A stretch of DNA of 64,000 bases from Patescibacteria group bacterium. GTDB taxonomy: Bacteria > Patescibacteriota > WWE3 > 0-14-0-20-40-13. The notes beneath the pieces are model-generated. The model was not told the origin of the DNA and searched no databases. It was given only the letters and a program-made list of their open reading frames with translations. Positions 1 to 7,728 of this stretch are shown piece after piece (the stretch's first letter is position 1; each line of letters begins with the position of its first letter). The DNA lies in contig JAHINB010000006.1 in assembly GCA_018896215.1 (NCBI GenBank), positions 2,941 through 66,940 of the forward strand, read 5' to 3'. The translations under genes were made by a program, and so were the position numbers.

Positions 1-794
1 CCCGACATCCTTAACTCGTAATTATTTGCCATCACCAGCATATAGGTTTTAGGTGTGGTAAGTCCCAAAAGATCAGGGAGAATGGAAAACAACTTGTCCA
101 GCGTTGGTACCTTAACGCTTACCTCATGTACGCTTGACTTTACTTGAGAAATACCCTCGCGAATTTTAATCCCCCGTATTTCTTCTGGGTATCTGTTTTC
201 ATCAATTAATGAAAGTTCGCTGTCTATATCGGCAACCCTTGCCAAATTGGCGCTTAGTTGAGGAGAAATCTCGGGCATAAGCTTTAACAAATTAAAGATT
301 CTAGTTTTATTGTCAACCTCTTCGCCCGACCCGCCGTCTTTAAACCCAAGTTGCGAAGCAAATGGTTCCAAAGTAGAAAGTAAATCCGAAACAACACCTA
401 TTGTTGTTTTTCCCGAATTTATCGCATGCAAGCCATCATTATAATAAGGTCTAACAAAGGGAATTTGAGAAGCTACTTTTAGTCTTCTTTTGTAGGTGTC
501 TTCAAAACTATCCAAATCCCTAGATGTTTTGACTAAGTTTTGCTGAACCAAAGTAAAATCTTTCTCTGTGAAGGCGTCTTTGATGGCTCTGGCATCTGTT
601 CTTAGTATTTCGGATTGTTTTTTTAACTCTATCCCAGGAAGTACCACAAAAACAGCGCCAGCTATAGTTGACATAACCAATAGAAAAGCGATTACAATAA
701 AAAATATCGCTACGCCACGACCGGGTTTGGGAAAGCTAAATTTTGGAATAGCAAAACCTCCCCCATAAGATTTATAAATTGCTTTTGTAGTCAT
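1..794 (-). CDS. DUF4012 domain-containing membrane-anchored protein (partial, runs off window start)
   Basis: Not in the ORF track; translated by hand from ATG at 794: MTTKAIYKSYGG..., N-terminal TM segment, helical region, then LGLTTPKTYMLVMANNYELRMSG, resembling the DUF4012 KTYL..QN..ELR.GG motif. Abuts the stop of the upstream gene at 795. Confidence 0.75.
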   Translation of the reverse strand, partial: MTTKAIYKSYGGGFAIPKFSFPKPGRGVAIFFIVIAFLLVMSTIAGAVFVVLPGIELKKQSEILRTDARAIKDAFTEKDFTLVQQNLVKTSRDLDSFEDTYKRRLKVASQIPFVRPYYNDGLHAINSGKTTIGVVSDLLSTLEPFASQLGFKDGGSGEEVDNKTRIFNLLKLMPEISPQLSANLARVADIDSELSLIDENRYPEEIRGIKIREGISQVKSSVHEVSVKVPTLDKLFSILPDLLGLTTPKTYMLVMANNYELRMS

Positions 795-1421
795 CTAACA
801 AGCGCCCTCTGCCCTAAGGACGGCTAACGGTGTCTTAAGAATGATAATAATATCAAATTTAATCGATTTAATACCTGCATATTCTGCCTCCATTCTAATT
901 CGTTTGTCAAATGGAATTTTGCTTCGCCCGCTTACCTGCCAATATCCCGTAATTCCCGGTTTTACCGACAATACTTTATCTAAATAAGGAGTCTCCTGGG
1001 GATTTTCCGCCTCATATTTTTTAAGTTCGTCGGGTCTTAAGGCTCTGGGACCCACAAAACTCATTAATCCGCTTAAAACATTAAAGAGCTGGGGGAGCTC
1101 GTCAATAGAATACTTTCTAATAAACTTTCCAATTTTTGTTACTCTAAAATCATCTTTAACTTTATTTGTTCCGCTTCTCATTTTTTCGTAAAGCTCTCTA
1201 TTAGAATATAGTATAGCGTCGGCATTTTTTACCATTGACCTAAACTTATAGAATGTAAATTCCTGCCTTTTTAGTCCAACTCTTTTGTGGGAATACAAAG
1301 GAGACCCACCGTCTTGAAGAAAAATGGCAATAGCCACAACAATAAAAACAGGAGATAAAATAACAAGAGCTACAAGAGAAATTGCTAAATCCATTGCTCG
1401 CTTAGTTTGCTCGTAAAACAT
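795..1421 (-). CDS. Priming phosphoglycosyl transferase (Bac_transf; WcaJ/WbaP/PglC-like sugar transferase)
   Basis: Motifs KRAMD, FYKFRSM, DFRVTKIGKFIRKYSIDELPQLFNVL, GPR, KPGITGYWQVSGRS. Likely start is MFYEQ at 1421; the track's extension to 1520 reads through a hairpin repeat. Confidence 0.92.
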   Translation of the reverse strand: MFYEQTKRAMDLAISLVALVILSPVFIVVAIAIFLQDGGSPLYSHKRVGLKRQEFTFYKFRSMVKNADAILYSNRELYEKMRSGTNKVKDDFRVTKIGKFIRKYSIDELPQLFNVLSGLMSFVGPRALRPDELKKYEAENPQETPYLDKVLSVKPGITGYWQVSGRSKIPFDKRIRMEAEYAGIKSIKFDIIIILKTPLAVLRAEGAC

Positions 1422-1431
1422 CGGTTGAGTA

Positions 1432-1501
1432 TATACCCATCTTATGCTAGTTTGCAACCCGTAGGGTTGGAAAAATAGCTTAGATGGGTATATACCCGTA
1501 G
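1432..1501. repeat. 70-nt hairpin element, copy 1 (copy 2 at 40048-40117)
   Basis: Perfect 14-bp inverted repeat GTATATACCCATCT (1429-1442) / AGATGGGTATATAC (1482-1495), inner stem CAACCC-GTA-GGGTTG; 62/70 identical to 40048-40117. Confidence 0.9.
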
Positions 1502-2625
1502 GGTGTACCACCCATGACACTTAGATAGCCATCCAATGTTTTTTGAGCCATATCTCGCCAATTGTATTGCAAAAGCAACCTTTGTGATTTTACAACAAGA
1601 CTTTCCCGCAACTTCTCGTCCAAAGTAATTCTTTTAATCGCCTCTTCTATTTCTATGATACTTTTGGGATTAAAGTACAAAACAGAATCCTGGTAAACCT
1701 CTCGGTGACACTCTATATCAGATAAAGCGCAAGGAATTTTTGACGCAATTGCCTCCAACGGTGTTAGATTAAAACCTTCTTCTAGTGACGCTGTGATATA
1801 GGAATTAGCATTTTGATATATTTGAGAGAGCGTATCGTCATTTATATACGAGTACCCCTCTATGAAAGAGGGAAAAATTACTCTATCTTGCAACGATAGA
1901 CTATACGCCAACTCCTTGATTCTGGCAAGATAAATATCCCGTTGCCCTACAATTACCAAACTTCCAGTGAATTCTCCCCAATCTACAATTTTCTTAAAAG
2001 CTATTATTAAATCACGAAGATTTTTATGCTCGTAAGCATTTCCAACATACAAAATATAGGGCTTGGTAATTCCAATTCTATCTAAAGCAACAAGGTCTGG
2101 TTCGGAAGATTGATAAAAAATTGGATCTACTCCTTCATAAGTTATAACAGCCTTTTTGTCTAGATTAAGATACCACAAAACTTTCTTTATTCGATCAAAT
2201 GAGGCGCGAGTTGGAATAAATATTTTACGCGCCTTAATTGCTGATATTACTACCACCAATTTGTAAACAAGCTGTTTAACATTGGCATCACCAGAAGAAT
2301 GCATTATTAAATCGTGAATTGTAATAACATGTTTTTTAAAATATAAAATGGGAACATTAAAATGCGGTACATGAAGTAAATCTAACTTTTCTTGATAGAG
2401 CACAATTGGAAAGAAAATCTGCTCTACAAGTGAATAGCAAGCAAAATCCGCCAACACTTTTTTAAAGTTCGGATTTTGTGGGGTGTACAATTCGTAATTT
2501 TGTGATCTTAAAAAAATCGCGTACTCGTTTTTAGTATCTAATTTTTCCAGCTCACTGATTAAATTCTTTATGTACCTACCAAGTCCAGACGATCCATAAA
2601 GCCTAGCATCAATTCCAATTTTCAT
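1480..2625 (-). CDS. Glycosyltransferase family 4 (MtfB/WbpY-like mannosyltransferase type)
   Basis: MKIGIDAR..GLGRY, TIHDL, YILYVG..HKN, EEGFNLTPLEA (EX7E), SDI. Confidence 0.9.
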   Translation of the reverse strand: MKIGIDARLYGSSGLGRYIKNLISELEKLDTKNEYAIFLRSQNYELYTPQNPNFKKVLADFACYSLVEQIFFPIVLYQEKLDLLHVPHFNVPILYFKKHVITIHDLIMHSSGDANVKQLVYKLVVVISAIKARKIFIPTRASFDRIKKVLWYLNLDKKAVITYEGVDPIFYQSSEPDLVALDRIGITKPYILYVGNAYEHKNLRDLIIAFKKIVDWGEFTGSLVIVGQRDIYLARIKELAYSLSLQDRVIFPSFIEGYSYINDDTLSQIYQNANSYITASLEEGFNLTPLEAIASKIPCALSDIECHREVYQDSVLYFNPKSIIEIEEAIKRITLDEKLRESLVVKSQRLLLQYNWRDMAQKTLDGYLSVMGGTPYGYIPI

Positions 2626-2640
2626 CCTTAATTTCCTCCT

Positions 2641-3564
2641 TTAAACTTTCATTTTAACTTTTGAAAGCAATTTTTTAAGATCTATTCCAACAAAAACCAA
2701 ACCTCGTATAATTTTTGGGTATTTGTTTTTGTAATGCTTGTCGTAAAACATCTTCATTGTATCAAAAAAGGCGTTGAACGCTACCTCTTTTTCTTTTTGC
2801 GTTACTGGAACTTGAGTTTTTAAATTGCCTTTAATTCCCGAGGACATTCCCTTGTAATGATAAGCCTTAACAAAAGGGCAAAAGTATGTTTTCCACCCTA
2901 CCTCTTTTACGCGATAGCACAAGTCTAGATCCTCCGCATACATAAAATAATCTTCGTCTAGTAGTCCTACCTCTTTAAGAGCTGTCGATCTTACTAACAT
3001 AAACGATCCCGAAACGGCATCTACTTCATGAGTTTTATTGAAGTTTTTATACGATTGATGATACTGACTGAACATGGGTAGTCTAGGAAACAGTTTTTCC
3101 AAACCCAGATAATATGTTAAAGATGCCCATGGTGTTGGAAAACCACGATGAGATGCTGGGTCTATTTTGGAACTTGCCACAAGCTCAACAAAACAAGTCG
3201 CGATACCGGCTTTTGGAGTGCTATCCATAAAAGTAATCATTTCCTCTAAAGTATTTTTGGCAACAAAGGCGTCGGGGTTTAAAAGAAGAATGTAGCGACT
3301 GGAACATTTTTTTATTCCCAAATTATTACCTTTGGAAAATCCCAAATTCTCGTGGCTTTGGATTAATTTAACGAGAGAGTAATTATTTAAAACTATTTTT
3401 GAGGTACCGTCCCGGGAAGCGTTATCTACAACTACAATCTCTCCTTGATATTTCCCTTTACGGGAATCGAAGGAAATCTCGTGAGAATTGATGAGACTAT
3501 CAACACACCCTTGGATAAAGTTTTGGGAATCAAAAGTTAAAATTACAACCGATAGATCAAGCAT
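2641..3564 (-). CDS. Glycosyltransferase family 2 (WbbL-like rhamnosyltransferase type)
   Basis: VVDNASRDG, NLGFSKGNN, LLLNPD, DAVSGSFML, DEDYFMYAEDLDLCYR. Confidence 0.9.
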   Translation of the reverse strand: MLDLSVVILTFDSQNFIQGCVDSLINSHEISFDSRKGKYQGEIVVVDNASRDGTSKIVLNNYSLVKLIQSHENLGFSKGNNLGIKKCSSRYILLLNPDAFVAKNTLEEMITFMDSTPKAGIATCFVELVASSKIDPASHRGFPTPWASLTYYLGLEKLFPRLPMFSQYHQSYKNFNKTHEVDAVSGSFMLVRSTALKEVGLLDEDYFMYAEDLDLCYRVKEVGWKTYFCPFVKAYHYKGMSSGIKGNLKTQVPVTQKEKEVAFNAFFDTMKMFYDKHYKNKYPKIIRGLVFVGIDLKKLLSKVKMKV

Positions 3565-3567
3565 AAG

Positions 3568-6552
3568 TTATTCGTTAAACCATTTAGAACCAAACATTTC
3601 TTTCTCAAAATAAAAAGGGTCGTATTCCGCTGGCGTTATTTGATACGGTTGTTGCGTAAATATAGGAGGAACGGTAAGCCAGTCTTTTCCAAACAAAACG
3701 AAATCTCCTTCCTTTCTATATACCATAATTCGTGAACTGGGGTATTTGACAAGCAGCTTCTTGTAACTAGATTCGGAAGATATCGCCATAAACGCTTTGC
3801 CTTTTGGGCTTTTTATCATATCGGAAAGTTCGTTTCCCGAAACAGGTCGAGAAAATCGCAGGATGTAAAAATACGCGGGACCAGGAGACATGTTATAAAA
3901 ATACACCGCTGACTTTCGCGGTAAAAATGCCGAATCGTCATTTAACTCCGAAACTGTCGCTCCAAGGGTCGCAATATCGCGATTTACATCATCAAGAAAC
4001 CACATAGACTTCCAACGAATTAGCAAAAAAACAGATGCTATAGTTATTACAAATACTAAAGCAATGAAACTAATATTTTTCCACAATCTCGTAAAAGAGA
4101 CGCTAGTGATTCTATCTAAAGCCCAACAGATAAACCATCCAACCAAAATAGCCAACGGTGGGTAAATTGGAACCAAGTACCATTGAATTTTAGATTTAGA
4201 AATAGAGAGAATTAAAAAAGTCACAAACCCCCATAAAATTAAGAAAACAAGTGGGCGTTTTTGCTCCTTTGAGAATCTATTTGAGACCACAGTGTAAATT
4301 GAGAACACAAGCGAGGGGATTAATACCACCGCCCAATGCCTAAACCAAACTTTTAAAACCACAAGATACCACCAAAAATCTTGGGTGTGTCCTTCAATCC
4401 CTTGAGATCGTTCCAAGATATGATAAAGAAAGTAAGAGTCGATAAACTCCCTCCCAAATCGAATGATCTCAATAGCGTGCCAAGGAACAGCTATTATTAA
4501 AAACCAAAGAATGATTGTTAAGAAATGTTTTAGTCTGTACAGTTTGTTTTTTAGGAAAATAAAATCAACGAGAACAAATAGAGATAATACGGCAATAGGA
4601 ATAGCAACAACCGCACCTTTTGTCATAGCAACTAATCCTAAAAATATTCCCACCCACTTCCAACTTGTTTGCGTCTTTTGAGATTTCCAAAAAGAATACA
4701 TTGCGAGAAGTATCCAAACCGCAGTTAAAATATCTAAAGTTCCGTTTCGGGACTGAAAAATCCAATGTGTTGTGGTTGCCAAAACTACAGCTGAAATAAT
4801 TCCAATTTTTTCGGAAAACATTTTTTTGCCAAAAAGATAGACCGCTAATACTCCAGCAACGCCTGCTATTGCCGAAACAAATCGCGCCGAAAATTCATTA
4901 ATCCCAAAAATAAAATAAGTAAAAGCAGTCAGCCACATATATAAAGGTGGCTTCTCGAACCAATAACCATTACCATCGCGAAGCGCGTTTTCCCGCCAAA
5001 CGAGCGCAAAAGCATCCCCCTTTAAATGCAAAATGTTCTCAGAGATTAATGCGTAAATAGATTCATCCCAGTCAGAAAGCGCTGGACGACCCAGTTTATA
5101 AAAAATAAACGATCCTGCAAGCACTACCAAAAAAGTCACAATTCCAATATCTTTTGTGGATAATTTAATTTTCTGCAAATTGTGCCAAGAAAGAAACACC
5201 GCAATAAAAACAAAAAAGTAAAAGAACTCGAGATTATAAGAATAAAAGACCCCCGAAGTAAAAATAGAAACAAGACCAGCAAAAACACCCAAGATAATAA
5301 TTGAATTTCTCTCTTTATTTTGAAGCGATTTTCTTAACCTATAAGCTAATGCCAAAAAAAGAGTCCCAATTAAGAAATAAAACGGGACTGTCCCTACTAG
5401 TCCTGTCGCCGAAAGCGGTTCAAACCAAACACTGTGCGCTGGAATTTTGGCATCTTTTACGGGATCTAACTCAAAATAATCTTTAGCAATAGGAGTTTCC
5501 CTAAAGCGCTTGTCAAACGACCCATACCCCCCGCCAATTACTGGATTGTCTTCCAGAATTTGCCATGAGCCTAAAATTAACGCGGAGTGGGCATTAATAG
5601 AACTGTCCCAAACACGATAAGAAAAATTAAGTGACGAAAATCTTTCTACTAACCTTTTTGGGATTTTTACAAAACCCAGATTAACTAGACAAAAACCAGA
5701 ACTAACGATTATCAAGATGGTAACAATTCCTAAAAATAAAGCCTTTAAACGATGACCAAACGCCAATCCTAAAATGTAAGCTGATAACCCAACACCAAAG
5801 CCTATAAATGCGCTTCTTGATAAGGTTGCGACAAACGAGACTACAACCAAAATAGTCGCCGGAACTAGCAAAGGCAGATATTTTTTTGCAGTCGTCACAA
5901 GATACGAAAAGCTCAAAAAAACTATTGTGGCGGCAAAAGCGCCGTAGTGATTAACATCCCAAAACAGGGAGCCTATCCTTACTGGAGAATTTGGAAGCGG
6001 CCAAACTCCAGGAAGAATACGACCTTGGAACTTATAAAAGTAGTATTGAATTGGAGTAAATCCAGCTAAAACAACACCGGTTACAAAATAGATAAAAAGG
6101 CAATTATAAAGAAACTTTTCCCCGGATAAGAAAAACGCCTTCCTTAAGACTATGTAGAGTAATACTATTTCAGTAAAGAAAATGTTGATGTTTAAGCTTG
6201 CGGGAATATCCAAAGACCAAGCGGTTGAAACAAGGCGAATTAACCACACAATTAATAACAAAAAGAGAAACTTGTCTTCCGTGATTCTTGTCTCTAACCT
6301 AAGCGACTTAAGTGACCTAAGCGACTTAATAACTACAAGGTTTTTAAGAGTAAAAGAAAGGAGATACCACGCAATAATCCCGAGCAACGCCCATCTTGCT
6401 GGAGTTGCTCGCTCCAATCCCCAATTAAAGTAGATTCTATTATCCAGCGGTAAAAGGGGAATAAGATAATAAATAGATTTTACAAAATCCTTTTTAGCAA
6501 GAAAAAAATACAAGATTGTCAGAACAATCCCAGCAAAAAGAAGCGGTTCCAT
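3568..6552 (-). CDS. Fusion of O-antigen ligase/polymerase-like domain (N-terminal) and ArnT/PMT_2-like GT-C domain (C-terminal)
   Basis: N-half: RIGSLFWDVNHYG, TLSRSAFIG, NPVIGGGYGSF, AHSVWFE..TGLVG (Wzy_C/WaaL-like). C-half: DWDESIYA, WFEKPPLYMWL, FGINEFSARF, MTKG, PWH, SKSKIQWYLVPIYPPLA (ArnT-like). Confidence 0.82.
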   Translation of the reverse strand: MEPLLFAGIVLTILYFFLAKKDFVKSIYYLIPLLPLDNRIYFNWGLERATPARWALLGIIAWYLLSFTLKNLVVIKSLRSLKSLRLETRITEDKFLFLLLIVWLIRLVSTAWSLDIPASLNINIFFTEIVLLYIVLRKAFFLSGEKFLYNCLFIYFVTGVVLAGFTPIQYYFYKFQGRILPGVWPLPNSPVRIGSLFWDVNHYGAFAATIVFLSFSYLVTTAKKYLPLLVPATILVVVSFVATLSRSAFIGFGVGLSAYILGLAFGHRLKALFLGIVTILIIVSSGFCLVNLGFVKIPKRLVERFSSLNFSYRVWDSSINAHSALILGSWQILEDNPVIGGGYGSFDKRFRETPIAKDYFELDPVKDAKIPAHSVWFEPLSATGLVGTVPFYFLIGTLFLALAYRLRKSLQNKERNSIIILGVFAGLVSIFTSGVFYSYNLEFFYFFVFIAVFLSWHNLQKIKLSTKDIGIVTFLVVLAGSFIFYKLGRPALSDWDESIYALISENILHLKGDAFALVWRENALRDGNGYWFEKPPLYMWLTAFTYFIFGINEFSARFVSAIAGVAGVLAVYLFGKKMFSEKIGIISAVVLATTTHWIFQSRNGTLDILTAVWILLAMYSFWKSQKTQTSWKWVGIFLGLVAMTKGAVVAIPIAVLSLFVLVDFIFLKNKLYRLKHFLTIILWFLIIAVPWHAIEIIRFGREFIDSYFLYHILERSQGIEGHTQDFWWYLVVLKVWFRHWAVVLIPSLVFSIYTVVSNRFSKEQKRPLVFLILWGFVTFLILSISKSKIQWYLVPIYPPLAILVGWFICWALDRITSVSFTRLWKNISFIALVFVITIASVFLLIRWKSMWFLDDVNRDIATLGATVSELNDDSAFLPRKSAVYFYNMSPGPAYFYILRFSRPVSGNELSDMIKSPKGKAFMAISSESSYKKLLVKYPSSRIMVYRKEGDFVLFGKDWLTVPPIFTQQPYQITPAEYDPFYFEKEMFGSKWFNE

Positions 6553-6554
6553 AG

Positions 6555-7691
6555 CTATTCAGTAGAAGACCCTAAAACCCTCTGATAAACTTCCAAGGTT
6601 TGTTTGGCACAATTCTCCCATGTATAAGTCTTTTTAACAAATTCTGGAAAACTTTTAGCTACCGTCGGTCTTTGCGCTTCTATCAATGCCTTATAGATTG
6701 AATTGACTGATGCAGGATCGCAATACACAGCATTGTCGCCAAGGTACTCCCCTGCTCTATCCCCTGACGCAACAAGAGAAGATACACCACACACCGTTGC
6801 CTCCAAAAAGACCAGACCCGTGGTCTCAAACCAAGAAGGAGAAGCAAAAATTGAGGCGGTTTGGTATAAATTGCACAATTTTTCTTGCTCAACAAACCCC
6901 AAATATTCAAAAAGTTCTTGGTCATGGATGGTTCTATAAAATTCTTTAAGATAAGTTGGGTGGTGTAAGTTACCCTTTCCAATAAAAATCATCTTGTAAC
7001 CAGAAAGCTCCCCCGAATTTACCGCTCTAATAAAAGCCATAGCCAAGTTAATTTGGTTTTTTCTAGGTTCAATTCTCCCGACCGATAGAATTACTTTTTC
7101 TTTTTTAACATTTAGAGTATCTCCAAACTTTTCTGGGTTAATTCCGTTGACAACTTTTTTCCATTTAAAATCTCCGGTCTTATAATCTAATTTCAAATCT
7201 TTTGCCTCTAGATCTGTCTGCACCAACACATAATCGCTCATGGCAACATCTCGGCGCTGCTCGTTTCTAATCCCAAAAAACAACTGGTAAAAAGCGGGAT
7301 AGAGTTTTTTAGGATATAAAATCCCCTTGATTAAATTTTTTATCGTATCACGAGCAGGCTGGTTGGTTAAAACGGCATTTCCCAAAACAGACAATCCCCA
7401 GCGATTAAGTTGTTCGTATTTTAAAAATTCCGCAAGGCTATGATGAATTGGAGAAAGCACCACTTTTTTCCCCTGTCTTTTAGCATTTTTTATTTGAAGA
7501 TACGGTTCGCAAACCCAATCTAGATTAAAAACATGAACAAGGTCATATTGAGAAAGATCCAAAGAAAGCTCGCAGTTAATATCAACAGAAACACCAAGCG
7601 CTTCAAGCGCCTTTTTAGTCTCCAACATCTGCACCGTATCCCCACCGTATTTGTCAAACAAATCCAATCGTGATTGAAAAAGTACTTTCAT
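6555..7691 (-). CDS. Glycosyltransferase family 4
   Basis: GGDTVQM, VGRIEPRKNQ, ETTGLVFLEA. Likely start MKVLFQ at 7691 (track start 7709 lies in a palindrome). Confidence 0.88.
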   Translation of the reverse strand: MKVLFQSRLDLFDKYGGDTVQMLETKKALEALGVSVDINCELSLDLSQYDLVHVFNLDWVCEPYLQIKNAKRQGKKVVLSPIHHSLAEFLKYEQLNRWGLSVLGNAVLTNQPARDTIKNLIKGILYPKKLYPAFYQLFFGIRNEQRRDVAMSDYVLVQTDLEAKDLKLDYKTGDFKWKKVVNGINPEKFGDTLNVKKEKVILSVGRIEPRKNQINLAMAFIRAVNSGELSGYKMIFIGKGNLHHPTYLKEFYRTIHDQELFEYLGFVEQEKLCNLYQTASIFASPSWFETTGLVFLEATVCGVSSLVASGDRAGEYLGDNAVYCDPASVNSIYKALIEAQRPTVAKSFPEFVKKTYTWENCAKQTLEVYQRVLGSSTE

Positions 7692-7699
7692 GCTATTTA

Positions 7700-7728
7700 A
7701 GGGTGACACCCTATTAGGGTGTCACCCT
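7700..7728. repeat. Perfect palindrome AGGGTGACACCCT-ATT-AGGGTGTCACCCT at a gene junction
   Basis: 13-bp stem, 3-nt loop; contains the TGA stop (7722-7724) of the upstream gene. Confidence 0.85.

Noticed and set aside
568-768. 66-aa plus-strand ORF and the other short opposite-strand or nested ORFs in the track
   Set aside because: They lie within longer genes with recognisable motifs; no independent evidence.
1422-1520. N-terminal extension of the sugar transferase given by the ORF track
   Set aside because: It is a translation of the hairpin repeat and overlaps the upstream gene; family similarity starts near 1421.
3452-3482. Small hairpin TTCCC-TTTAC-GGGAA in a possible GT2 loop insertion
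   Set aside because: Only a 5-bp stem; could be chance.
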